Source of the DNA: Candidatus Sulfomarinibacteraceae bacterium | GTDB lineage: Bacteria > Acidobacteriota > Thermoanaerobaculia > Thermoanaerobaculales > Sulfomarinibacteraceae | Direction of reading: 5' to 3' | Assembly (NCBI GenBank): GCA_963796455.1 | Contig: CAWCLO010000010.1 | Location: 192,001 to 256,000, forward strand | DNA: 64,000 nt | Shown here: positions 49,857-59,405 of the stretch, piece by piece | How positions within the stretch are numbered: position 1 is the first letter of the stretch | Layout: the number at the start of each line of letters is the position of its first letter | The notes under the pieces: generated by a model | The model's input: only the letters and a program-made list of their open reading frames with translations | What the model was told of the DNA's origin: nothing | The model's database searches: none | Translations under genes and position numbers: made by a program

Positions 49857-51874
49857 TCAGGTGGTCGGCGTCGACGTCTTGGTAGCCGTCGATGTCGGGG
49901 TCGGCGGACGCGGCGTGGCGGTCGCCACCGGCGTCGGAGTCGAAGTGGCCAGGGGCACCGGGGTATTTGTCGGACCCGGGTCGGGGTGTTGGTTACACTC
50001 CCGTTGTCGGCGTCCTGGTCGCTGTTGACGCAGAAGTCGGCCACGGCGTGTTGGTCGCCGGGACGGATGTGTTCGTCGGCGTCCTGGTCGGCGTCGGCGT
50101 GCCGTAGCTGCCCTCGTAGGTCACGGCACAGACGTCGTCGCAGTACAGATCGCTCCCATCACCCGCACCGCCGGCGATCTTGAAATCGAAGCACACCGTG
50201 TAGATGCCGTCCCAGATGATATAGGGCGCGCTGTCCCTGAGATAGGCCCACCAATGGGTGGTGACCCCTGCGCCGATATTTTCCGTACCCGCGTATCCCC
50301 CGGTGGCCGGGAGGGTCGTCAGTTCAACCGGGCGCACATATCTGCCCGGTATAGGGCACAACGCTGTAGCTGCCGGTGCTTTCGTCCCAGATCTCTTCCG
50401 AGGTGGAACCACATTAGTTGGTGGCACCGTCGGTGCAGATCCGCATCCAATCGTGGTAGGCCCACTTGCGCATGTTCTGGCCCCAGTCAAAATAGAGGCG
50501 TTCGATGGTGGCGGTCTGTGGGTGGCCGTTGTAGAGCGTGGCCCCCATTTGACCGGCATAGCCCGAACTCGAGCCCTTCCGCATGTTGGTGACCGAGACC
50601 CGGCAGGTCGGGGTCTGGGTCGGGGTCGGGGTGAAGGTCTCCGTCGGCGTCGGGGTGATCGTGAAGGTCGGGGTCCAGGTCGGTAGAGTCCCGGCCGGCA
50701 CACACACCTGCGTATCGCGCTCCTCGACCGAATTGACATAAAGCATCCAGTCGGAGGTGTCGTCACCGTCGTAGTCACCTTCATTGACGCTGTCGAGGTC
50801 GTAGTCCTCGGGTTGGCCGGTCTCCGCCACAGCCTCGTTGCCGACTGGGCTCCCGCCGCTGTCGACTGCAAGAAAGTGGTTGGGGTTCCCGCCGACCGTG
50901 GTTGGGATCTCGAGCCGAATCCGCCTTTTGTACTTGATGAGATTCGGGCCGACCATCTCTTCCCACGCATTCTCGCAGGCGCCGGCGACCGGGCTGCCGG
51001 TGCCGTCGTCCCAGATCGGATCGTTGGGGTCGCAGCCGGGATAGTCCTCATCGGCCGGGTCGAGTTGGCCGTAATACCACTCCTCGGGGATGATCTGCCC
51101 GGTTCCGCCATCGCGGATTCCGGAGTCGTAGAAGGGAAAGACATTGTCCTTGCAAAGGGTCACGTCGTCGGTATCGTCTGCCGGAGTCTGCATGTTGTCT
51201 ACAAAGCAGTTACCGAAGTAGATCGGCATCAAATCGTACGGCGGGGGCACATCGACCTGGGTCACCGGCGGTCCAGGGTCGGTGTAGGTGTAGTCGATCC
51301 AACCCGTGTCGTAGGCGTTCACCGGACCAAAGCGGTCGGTGGTCGCGGTCGTGGCGGGGTCGAAGTAGAGCTTGTAACCGATCAAGCGGTTTTTGATGAT
51401 ATCCGCCGGAACATCGAGAATGATGCCCGAGTGGTTTTCCGAATAACCCATCCGGTAGGCGTAGGTGGCCTCGATCATGTGGAAACGATCCTGGGCGCGC
51501 GCCTCGTAGACCCAGTGTTTCTGCGGAATCGGGTTCGAGGCATCGGTGGGTTGGGCCTGGGCATATCCGGCCAGCGCGAAGTTCGCCTGGCCGACCGTGT
51601 CCAGGAAATCATCCAGAACCTTTTTGGCGATACCCATCCTCGAGTAAGGATCGTCGCCCGCGCCGGGCACCATGGCGGCGTTGACCTTGGCGCCGTCAAG
51701 GATTCCGGGCACCTCGGGGCTGGCCACCATCGAACTCGATGAATCGAGGATGAAAATGATATTCGGAGGCGCCGCCACCTCGCGCAAAAAATCGCGATCA
51801 TCGGCGAGGGCAACCCCGCACAGACCGACAGCGGCCACCAGCACCAACCATCTCGTGAGTCGACTATGTCTCAT
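49857..51874 (-). pseudogene. PilY1 chain A, module 1: N-half vWA + variable domain + Thr/Pro stalk; disrupted in this assembly
   Basis: PPNIIFILDSSSSM...SRMGIAKKVL; in-frame TAA at 50414..50416 and frameshifts near 50345, 50000 and 49978; TPT tail ends with TGA at 49857. Confidence 0.75.
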
Positions 51875-51896
51875 GACTGCTCCCTCGATCGGCACA

Positions 51897-52421
51897 TCAG
51901 TAACACTCCCCTACGGCTTCGAACGCCTCTTCGTGAAATGGGCTGGCAACCACATCGGCCTGTACCGCCGCACGGGTCGTGCCCGCGAGACCGCCGATGC
52001 TTCGGGTCGCTTCGCTGCGAAGATAAAAATGGCGTTCGAGATAACCTTCTTGAAAACCCACCATCGGTTGCGCGGGTTCGGTTTCGCAAAACTGGTCCAC
52101 GGTGACGCTGAACTGTCCTTTGAGGAGACCCGGCAGATTGCCGTCATCCTCCAGAATGAAGGTCCCGGGTGCGCCCACAACCCCCATTTGAATCATTTCA
52201 ATCTGCATCATCGCACCGGCATCGGCGGCATAGAGCGCCTTGGTCACCCAACGATCGGTTCCGGAGGCCTGGAGCCCGAGCGAGGTCTGCAACAGCAGAC
52301 CCATGCCCAGAAAGACCAGCACCAGCGAGACCAGAAGCGCCATGATCAAGGCCGCACCGCGCTCGGATTCCCGATTTGCGTGGCGGGTCAGCGGCTGGGG
52401 AATGTTTTGGTTCAGCATCAT
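51897..52421 (-). CDS. pilX: Minor pilin PilX-like, module 1
   Basis: [24 protein letters not shown]-terminal half nearly identical to 41418..41948. Confidence 0.82.
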   Translation of the reverse strand: MMLNQNIPQPLTRHANRESERGAALIMALLVSLVLVFLGMGLLLQTSLGLQASGTDRWVTKALYAADAGAMMQIEMIQMGVVGAPGTFILEDDGNLPGLLKGQFSVTVDQFCETEPAQPMVGFQEGYLERHFYLRSEATRSIGGLAGTTRAAVQADVVASPFHEEAFEAVGECY

Positions 52422-52427
52422 GCCCCC

Positions 52428-53576
52428 TTAGATCATGAAGTTCCGGAGAGTGGCCCTGAGCTGGATGCGACGCCATTTGGCGGAGCGATCCACATCACTG
52501 GCTTCCATGTCCTCGATATTTTCGAAAGTTTCGGCCGGTTCCTGCCACTCGGGAACCGGAAATGGCGTGCGGCCCAGAACGGTGATCCGCATCCCGATCA
52601 CCTGGTCGCCGGTGAGATCGCCGGGACCGGTCGGGGCGTTTTCCCACTCGCCGGCCTCGACCACACCGTTGCCGTTCGTATCGACCCCGAGCGCGATCTG
52701 CAGGCTGCCGATGTTGACCGCCACCGGCTCCGGACCGCTGGAAGAATCAGAAGTCCGAAAACGCATCAGGGTGTTGTCGTTGCGGACATAAAAAGTGTAG
52801 GACTCGAGGATTCCGACCCGGTAGACCCTGAAGGTCGGGGGGTAGGACGCCAGTGCAGAATTCATCTCCGGCCAGAAGGTTCCGTCGCCGGCCTGGTGTT
52901 GAAGCACCAACTGCTGGTCGGGGGAGCTTCCCGAAAGGATCGAACCGGAGGCTATCTCACCGACACAGTAGAGACCCTCACCCATGAAGATGATTCCCCG
53001 ACCGGCAAGACCGCTGACCGTTAGCGCATTGAAATTGTTGACCGCAGTTCCGGCAGGGTTTTTCTGGTTGATATCGAAGGTCCCGGAGCCACTGGCGTTG
53101 TATCCATTGGCATCGACAAAAAAGGGAGCCACCTCGAAGAAACCCCGAAGCGTGATCACATCACTACCCTCGGCCACCTGGACGTTCGGGACATAGCCCG
53201 GGATAGTGACCGAACCGCTTTGGTTCGAGGCAAGCTGGCCACTGACCCAATAGTCGGTCCCGCCGTTTCGGGTGGCAAATGGCATGTCGCCGCCGCCGAC
53301 CATCCGCGCGGTGCGCATGATGTGATATGCCGAAAAACGGACATTCTCCTGGGTATCGGAGAGGGCCTTTTCGAGCTCGGAAACCTTGGTCGAGGTATCG
53401 AGGAGGTTGAGGATTCCAACCATGAAGATCACAAAGACCACCGTGGCGACCAGCATCTCGATGAGCGTGTAACCCGCGCTGGACCGGGATCCTGCGCGAA
53501 AGACACGCACAGCGATCGCCCGCTCGCATCGCCGCTCGGTGTGTTCTGAATCACAAAGTTGACCTGGATGGTTCAT
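52428..53576 (-). CDS. pilW: Minor pilin PilW-like, module 1
   Basis: AG|YTLIEMLVA, QENVRFS, NIGSLQIALGVD, terminal LRNF. Confidence 0.86.
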   Translation of the reverse strand: MNHPGQLCDSEHTERRCERAIAVRVFRAGSRSSAGYTLIEMLVATVVFVIFMVGILNLLDTSTKVSELEKALSDTQENVRFSAYHIMRTARMVGGGDMPFATRNGGTDYWVSGQLASNQSGSVTIPGYVPNVQVAEGSDVITLRGFFEVAPFFVDANGYNASGSGTFDINQKNPAGTAVNNFNALTVSGLAGRGIIFMGEGLYCVGEIASGSILSGSSPDQQLVLQHQAGDGTFWPEMNSALASYPPTFRVYRVGILESYTFYVRNDNTLMRFRTSDSSSGPEPVAVNIGSLQIALGVDTNGNGVVEAGEWENAPTGPGDLTGDQVIGMRITVLGRTPFPVPEWQEPAETFENIEDMEASDVDRSAKWRRIQLRATLRNFMI

Positions 53577-53783
53577 GAATTGGACAAACCTCCATATTCA
53601 GAATGAGTAAACGAGCGACAGAATGCAAGGGCTCTCAGCCAACGTTGAAAGTTCTTTAACAGTCGTGTCACCTGATGATTAGCACCCATTTCCGTCAACC
53701 TGGCCGATCCGAAGACTCACGGTGGGCTCTCCGCTTGGATGAGGGAGAGTCGTCGAATCCCGGAGAATCCCACTGTTCACGTC

Positions 53784-56204
53784 CTATTCAGGTGATGGAG
53801 AGGCGGCGTCTGCGATCGCGGTGGCGTCGCCAAAGGCCCACACCCTTGATTCCAGATCGGCAACGAAGAGCTCCTTGCCGTCGTCGGTCAGCCCGGTCGG
53901 TACGATTCCGGCTTCTGCCAGATCGATCTTCGTCACCTCGCCCGATTCAACGAGCCAGATCGATTGCGACGGGACATCGGTCACCAACCAGCGGCCCCGG
54001 CGGTCGATCGCGAGCTGAGGCCGCGAATAAAAATCGCTCCACGCCCCGGGGAGATCAACAATCTCGAGGGCGCGACCCTGGCGATCGAGAACCTGGAGTC
54101 TTCGATTGCCGGTGTCCGCCACCAAGAGTCTCCGGTTGTCGATCCATGCCAAACCGACCGGTTCGACGAATTCCCCGGGACCGGAACCCTCGCGGCCGAT
54201 GGTCACGACACGGGGGGTCCCGCCGACCACGGTCATCATGACGATCCTTTTGTGACCGGTGTCGGTGACCGCCACCGAACCGTCCGCGGCGACCGCGACC
54301 CCGCGCGGACCAAACCATCCGTCGACGGGCAAGGGCATGGGACGGACGGCGCCGGTGGCAGGATTGAAGATCAGGACCCGATGGTTCCAGGTGTCGGCGA
54401 TCACCAGCAGACCGTCGGGGGTCCATGCCACCGACTCCGGCTGATTGAGAGAGTCCGGAACCCGAATCTCGGCCAGGATCCCATCGGGGTTGAAGAAAAG
54501 AACATCGTTGGCAGCGCTGTCGGCCACTGCCAACAGACCATCCTCATTGACCGATATGCCCCTGGGCTCCACCAGCCATCCTTCTCCGATGACTCGTGAT
54601 GAATCCCCACCGAGCGTCCCGGCAATCGAACCCGGGGTCTCGACCGTTCTGGCTCCCTCATCGACCTCACCCGTGTAGCGAAGAACGACGGTGTCGGTGG
54701 ATCCGATGATGCCCCAGGGCCTGCGGGTGAAGAGGTATCGGATGAGCTCGGCGACCGTCGGACGTTGATCCGCCATCACCCACCAACCACGCAAGGGAAT
54801 TCGTTCCGAACTGTAGCCGGGACCCAGACGGCGCCGCACCTCGGGCTCTTGCGAGGGATCGCAGAAAACCAGGGGCTGGCGTTGGCCTGGGTTCGGATCC
54901 GCCCACCAAACCGGAGTGGTTCGCCAATACCAGGTGGCCGGCCATGCCACTTCGCCGCCGGCGGCGGCGGCGGGGTCGTGGCCTTCGGCGGCCAACACCA
55001 CCCCTTCTGCCAATGGCTGCAACAGTTCCGGACAGGTCTGGACATAGACCAGAGCCTCGACCCGATCGAGGTTGGGACTGATTTCATCGAGCACGAAATT
55101 GGCCGTCACGGTGGTCACCAGGGTCGCAGCCAGGCCGATGCCTGCCAGAGTCCGGCTCCACCAGACACCGCGCGGCCCAAAGGTTCGCGCCATCTGCAGA
55201 CCGGCCAACGGGAGAAAGGCCCACACCTGGTGAACACCCAACCACGGAACTTTCTCCCCGAGGTAACTGTACATCGCGATCGAGGCGAGACCGAAGACGA
55301 GCAATGACCACTCGACGAGACGCATCCGACGCCCTCGTCTCACGGCCCACGACAATGCAGCCACTATCGGAAGAAACTCGTAAATAGCGAGACGCGGCAG
55401 GTGGTACCACGGAGGGCCGGCAACCCGTTCGATAGTGTGCTGCCCCCACCAGTAGGAGATGGCCTTGTAGGGGAAGAACCAATCCCGGAGATGGGTGAAT
55501 CCGACGGTGAACATGGGAACGGTGACAAGCACCGCTGCGGCAACCGAAGCGATCAAACCCCAACGATGACGGGAGATCCAATCGACGGTGTTTGGAACCA
55601 TCGAGCGGGGGCCCGCACGGATGAGGAGCACGAGGGCAACCACCCCGACCAGGGCCGAGGACACAAAGGCATTCTCTTTGGTGGCGAAGGCGAGTCCCAC
55701 CCAGACGCCGAACCACATCCATGCCTTCCAACTGCCGTTGACGGCGCGCCACGCCGCGACTGCCGCCGCGGACGCGACAAAGACCTCCAGGATGTCCATT
55801 CGAAGGAAGCGGCCGTAATACAGCCATATAGGTGAAATCGTCGCCAGCAGCCCGGTCCACCAGGCGGCGCGCGGACCCAGGGGCCGACGGGCGGCAAATG
55901 CCACTCCGATCAGCGCCACCCCGGCGAGGGCGATCGAAAGCCTGGCGGTGAAATCCGAATCGCCGAACACCGCCAGAAAAATAGCTGTGAGGTAGTAAAG
56001 CAAAGGCCCGTGGTAGGTCGGGTCGTAACGATATGTCCCTTCCTGCAACAGCACCCACGATGCGTGGGCATGGATCGACTCGTCGTGATGGTAGGACCTC
56101 TCTCCAAGACCCCACAGATGCAGCGTCAGCGAGAAGAGCACGAGCAGCAACCACGGCAGATACCGGCGAGCTGTCGATCTCCAGTTTTCGGCCAAAAATG
56201 CCAC
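53784..56204 (-). CDS. GT-C/PMT-like membrane glycosyltransferase (TIGR03663/Agl23-like) fused to NHL repeats
   Basis: YHHDESIHA, YRYDPTYHGPLL, SDFTARL, RFLRMD, ATKENA, EKVPW, LVYVQT, WPATWY; NHL repeats (IADTWNHRV, FGPRGVAV, VADTGNRRLQ). Confidence 0.82.
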   Translation of the reverse strand: MAFLAENWRSTARRYLPWLLLVLFSLTLHLWGLGERSYHHDESIHAHASWVLLQEGTYRYDPTYHGPLLYYLTAIFLAVFGDSDFTARLSIALAGVALIGVAFAARRPLGPRAAWWTGLLATISPIWLYYGRFLRMDILEVFVASAAAVAAWRAVNGSWKAWMWFGVWVGLAFATKENAFVSSALVGVVALVLLIRAGPRSMVPNTVDWISRHRWGLIASVAAAVLVTVPMFTVGFTHLRDWFFPYKAISYWWGQHTIERVAGPPWYHLPRLAIYEFLPIVAALSWAVRRGRRMRLVEWSLLVFGLASIAMYSYLGEKVPWLGVHQVWAFLPLAGLQMARTFGPRGVWWSRTLAGIGLAATLVTTVTANFVLDEISPNLDRVEALVYVQTCPELLQPLAEGVVLAAEGHDPAAAAGGEVAWPATWYWRTTPVWWADPNPGQRQPLVFCDPSQEPEVRRRLGPGYSSERIPLRGWWVMADQRPTVAELIRYLFTRRPWGIIGSTDTVVLRYTGEVDEGARTVETPGSIAGTLGGDSSRVIGEGWLVEPRGISVNEDGLLAVADSAANDVLFFNPDGILAEIRVPDSLNQPESVAWTPDGLLVIADTWNHRVLIFNPATGAVRPMPLPVDGWFGPRGVAVAADGSVAVTDTGHKRIVMMTVVGGTPRVVTIGREGSGPGEFVEPVGLAWIDNRRLLVADTGNRRLQVLDRQGRALEIVDLPGAWSDFYSRPQLAIDRRGRWLVTDVPSQSIWLVESGEVTKIDLAEAGIVPTGLTDDGKELFVADLESRVWAFGDATAIADAASPSPE

Positions 56205-56221
56205 GATGGAAGCTTATCAGA

Positions 56222-56320
56222 GGCTGGGGGCTGGGGGCTTGGGGCTTGGGGCCTGAGGACAGGCGGAGGAGAAAGGGAGAAAGGGAGAAGGGGAGAGCGG
56301 GAGACGGGGAACGGGGAACG
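56222..56320 (+). repeat. G-rich heptamer and GGGAGAAA octamer tandem repeats
   Basis: GGGGGCT GGGGGCTT GGGGCTT GGGG, then GGAGAAAG repeats and two GGGGAAC units. Confidence 0.75.
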
Positions 56321-56329
56321 GCAGACAGG

Positions 56330-56595
56330 ATCGGCGTACAGAAGTCAGAGGCAGAGGCAGCGAACAGCACTCACTTCTTCGGGGCCCTGGCTTTTGTGGT
56401 GCGGCCGTATCGGCCGCACGGTGTGCAGGCGAGACGCCTGCACCACAACGGGCTGTTCCTTCTGTTGAACGACTCGGAGGCGGCCACGCCGTCGCTGCAT
56501 CTGATCGCTACCGCTGACCGCTGTGCCCTGTCGCCGTATCCGGTCCCTGCTCCCTGCCGCTGTAGCTGTCGCTGTCGCTGCCGCTGCAATTCGGG
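56330..56595 (-). mobile_element. Copy 3 of the repeat element, gene replaced by a REP doublet
   Basis: CAGCGAACAGCAC, last gene codons (PKK*), REP pair, TTGAACGACTCGGAGGCGGCCAC, TCGCTG arm, GCTGCAATTCGGG. Confidence 0.68.
56394..56448. repeat. REP doublet (REPIN-like)
   Basis: GTGG-TGCGGCCG-TAT-CGGCCGCA followed by inverted TGCAGGCG-AGA-CGCCTGCA-CCAC. Confidence 0.75.
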
Positions 56596-56617
56596 TACTG
56601 GGACGGAATCGAAGACC

Positions 56618-58981
56618 TCAAGACGCCGCGATCACGCCCAGATTGCGGAGAGCCTCGAGAACTGCGGCGGGGCTCGACTCGCTCTGAATCCGTACGACGC
56701 CCGAGCCCCAGGAATCGGTGCCGGTGCTCTCACTCTCCGAGATCACCACCACCGGCACGTGGTAAGCGCGCAACCACGCAGCAAGGCCCTCTTCGGCCGG
56801 ATCTCCGGAAACGACAACGACGCTGGGCGCCCACCGGTCCAGGAGTTCACCTGCAACCGCGATGGTGGGAGCGTGACGCACCTCCAGCGATTCATCCGCC
56901 AGACCCTCGATGATGTGGGCGGCGGCTCGACCGTCGGGCTCGAACAAAAGCACCCCGGCCCTTGATTCCGAAGCGCCACGGCCCTCGAGGGTCTCGATCT
57001 TCGAAACATCTCCGAGGGGGAAGCGGACGATGAAACGGGCCCCATGGCCTGCCGTCGATCGCACATCCACCTCACCGTCGTGGGCCGTCACGATGCCGTA
57101 GACAACCGCCAAACCAAGTCCCGCGCCCCGACCTTGCCGCCGGAGCGTGAAAAAAGGCTCGAAGAGGTGCTGGCGAACCTCGGGCGGAATGCCGGGACCG
57201 TCGTCAGCAACCTCGAGCACCGCGCGTCCGGCGGTGTGTTCGACCCGGACAGTGATTGTTCCGCCACTCTCGGTGACTGCATCCCGAGCATTGAGCACCA
57301 GATTCAGAAGCAGACGGCGGAGACCGACCACGTCAGCGACCACCGGCACCGGTTCGTCGTCAAGCTCGAGGTGCAGCTCCGCCGCCTCGGCAACCACATG
57401 CTGGAGAACCCCCTCCTGCTGCTGCACCAGATCCACCAGATCGACGGTACTCGGCGGCGAACTTTCGCGGCGGGCGAAGAGCAGGAGTTCGCGCACGACT
57501 TCGGTTCCCTGCTCGGCGAGATCTCCAATGGCAGCTGCCGCATCCGCCATCGATTCCGGCTGTCGCTCGACCAATCGAATGTGCAGCAGGATGGCGGCCA
57601 GGAGATTGTTGAAATCATGTGCCACGCCGCTGGCCAGGGTGCCGACCGCCTGCATCTTTTCTGCGTTCCGAAGTCGCCCCTCGGCATCGACGGCTTCGGT
57701 CACGTCCCGGACCACCAGCACGGCGTGCTGCATGCCTTCGGGGCAATTCAGCGAACAATCGAGCAATCGACCCACGTTCTCGGCCCGCCAGGACAGGGGA
57801 GATTTGCCCTGGAGACGTTGCTCGAGATTCTCCGAGACCGCTTCCGCGTGGGCTTCGAGGGCCTGGTTGGCAAGCGCGATGCGGCCCTGCCGGTCAACCA
57901 ACGCCACTCCATCCACCATCGCATCAAAGGTCCGGCGCCACCGTTCACCCATCCTCCGGACACGATCGGTCACATCGTGGATCGCCAGCAGATATCCCTT
58001 GGTCTCGTCCTCACCGGCCGCCACCAGGCGCAGCTCGACCTCGGCAAGCTCATCCTCGCCGATCCGCCAATCGGCCTCCAGCACAACCTCGGGATCAGAG
58101 TCGGTCGACCGCAGAGCGGTCAACACCTCGGCGAGCGTCGGCCTCGCGAGGAAACCGGCAAGAGACGAACCGACGGATCTCGAGGCGTCACCGCCAAGGT
58201 ACGGCTCGGCTGCCGGGTTTGCGCCACGGAGACAGAGATCCTGATCGAGCCGCAACAGTGGTGATGGCGATGCGGTGAAGAGCTCCCTGAATCGTTGTTC
58301 AGAAGCTACCAGCGACCTTCGCTGTGCCGCCAGACGCTGCGCCATATCTTCAAACGCCACAGCGAGATCACCGACCTCGGCCGTCGTTCCACTGTCATCG
58401 GGAAGATCGATAGGTTGTTCGGGGTCGAAATTACGCACCCATGAGGCCAGATCCTGCAGTGGCCGGACCACTCGACCGATCAATGCGAGACCTGCCACCA
58501 GGGCGAGCGTGAGGGCGATTCCGAGCCCAGCCAGCAGACGCATCGCGGCCATCGCGAGATGAGACCGCATCCTGGCGCGCGAAACGATCAGCAGAACTTC
58601 AACCGAGTCGCCTTCGCCAAGCGGACCGGGACTCACCACCACCCGTTGCCGGACGCGGAGAAAACCGGTGTCCAGCGCTTCGATCTCAGCGGCAGAGGGC
58701 CCGAACTGCCACAGCAGTTGGCCGTTTTCCGAACGCACTTCTCCCGCACGCAAATCAGTCATCGAGATGATCGCGAGATATTCCGCGGATCCGCCGTCGG
58801 CAGCGGCAAAGGCGAGCATGTGGGCCAATAGATCGGCCCGGGCCCGAAGCTCGTCCTCGAGGATTTGTTCTTCGTGCCAGAGAACCAGGGCACTGACCAC
58901 CACCATGGTCACCACCAGCACCCCGAGCAGCCACAACAAGAAGGTGCGCCCGAGCGTCAGCCGGCGGGTCTCAACCCGCAT
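56618..58981 (-). CDS. Hybrid sensor histidine kinase (HAMP-PAS-PAS-HisKA-HATPase-degenerate receiver)
   Basis: Two TMs, GVAHDFNNLL, NLVLNARDA, DDGPGI, FEPFFT, GAGLGL. Confidence 0.9.
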   Translation of the reverse strand: MRVETRRLTLGRTFLLWLLGVLVVTMVVVSALVLWHEEQILEDELRARADLLAHMLAFAAADGGSAEYLAIISMTDLRAGEVRSENGQLLWQFGPSAAEIEALDTGFLRVRQRVVVSPGPLGEGDSVEVLLIVSRARMRSHLAMAAMRLLAGLGIALTLALVAGLALIGRVVRPLQDLASWVRNFDPEQPIDLPDDSGTTAEVGDLAVAFEDMAQRLAAQRRSLVASEQRFRELFTASPSPLLRLDQDLCLRGANPAAEPYLGGDASRSVGSSLAGFLARPTLAEVLTALRSTDSDPEVVLEADWRIGEDELAEVELRLVAAGEDETKGYLLAIHDVTDRVRRMGERWRRTFDAMVDGVALVDRQGRIALANQALEAHAEAVSENLEQRLQGKSPLSWRAENVGRLLDCSLNCPEGMQHAVLVVRDVTEAVDAEGRLRNAEKMQAVGTLASGVAHDFNNLLAAILLHIRLVERQPESMADAAAAIGDLAEQGTEVVRELLLFARRESSPPSTVDLVDLVQQQEGVLQHVVAEAAELHLELDDEPVPVVADVVGLRRLLLNLVLNARDAVTESGGTITVRVEHTAGRAVLEVADDGPGIPPEVRQHLFEPFFTLRRQGRGAGLGLAVVYGIVTAHDGEVDVRSTAGHGARFIVRFPLGDVSKIETLEGRGASESRAGVLLFEPDGRAAAHIIEGLADESLEVRHAPTIAVAGELLDRWAPSVVVVSGDPAEEGLAAWLRAYHVPVVVISESESTGTDSWGSGVVRIQSESSPAAVLEALRNLGVIAAS

Positions 58982-59086
58982 ATCTCACCGTCCTTTGCAG
59001 AGGGCCAGAGATCGAGTGATTCCCGGTGCACGGTGTGGCTTCGAGGGGGGTGATTGTGTCACGACCCTTCAACCGAAAAGCAACGG

Positions 59087-59392
59087 TCAAAAATCGAAGA
59101 AATCACCCTCGAAGACGTCCGACAGCTGCCTCATGATCCCCGCCGAAAGACCAGCCGTGATCCCGGCCATGATCGATGCGCCCTTGGCGCGGCCAATCAA
59201 ATAACCGACCAGACCGACGCTGGCGACCGAACCAAAGGGATGACGTCTGACCGTGTCCCGCCAGTCGATCGAATGCGGGACCAGTGAGTCGAGAATCGTA
59301 TCGGCGTCCAGGCGCCGCGCAGAGTCCGCATCACCGGTCATATCGTCGAGGGGCGTATCTTCGACGTCGTCAACCATGGTGTCATCCATCAT
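59087..59392 (-). CDS. Small hypothetical membrane protein
   Basis: GGAGG RBS; VRRHPFGSVASVGLVGYLIG. Confidence 0.7.
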   Translation of the reverse strand: MMDDTMVDDVEDTPLDDMTGDADSARRLDADTILDSLVPHSIDWRDTVRRHPFGSVASVGLVGYLIGRAKGASIMAGITAGLSAGIMRQLSDVFEGDFFDF

Positions 59393-59405
59393 AGCCTCCG
59401 AGCGG

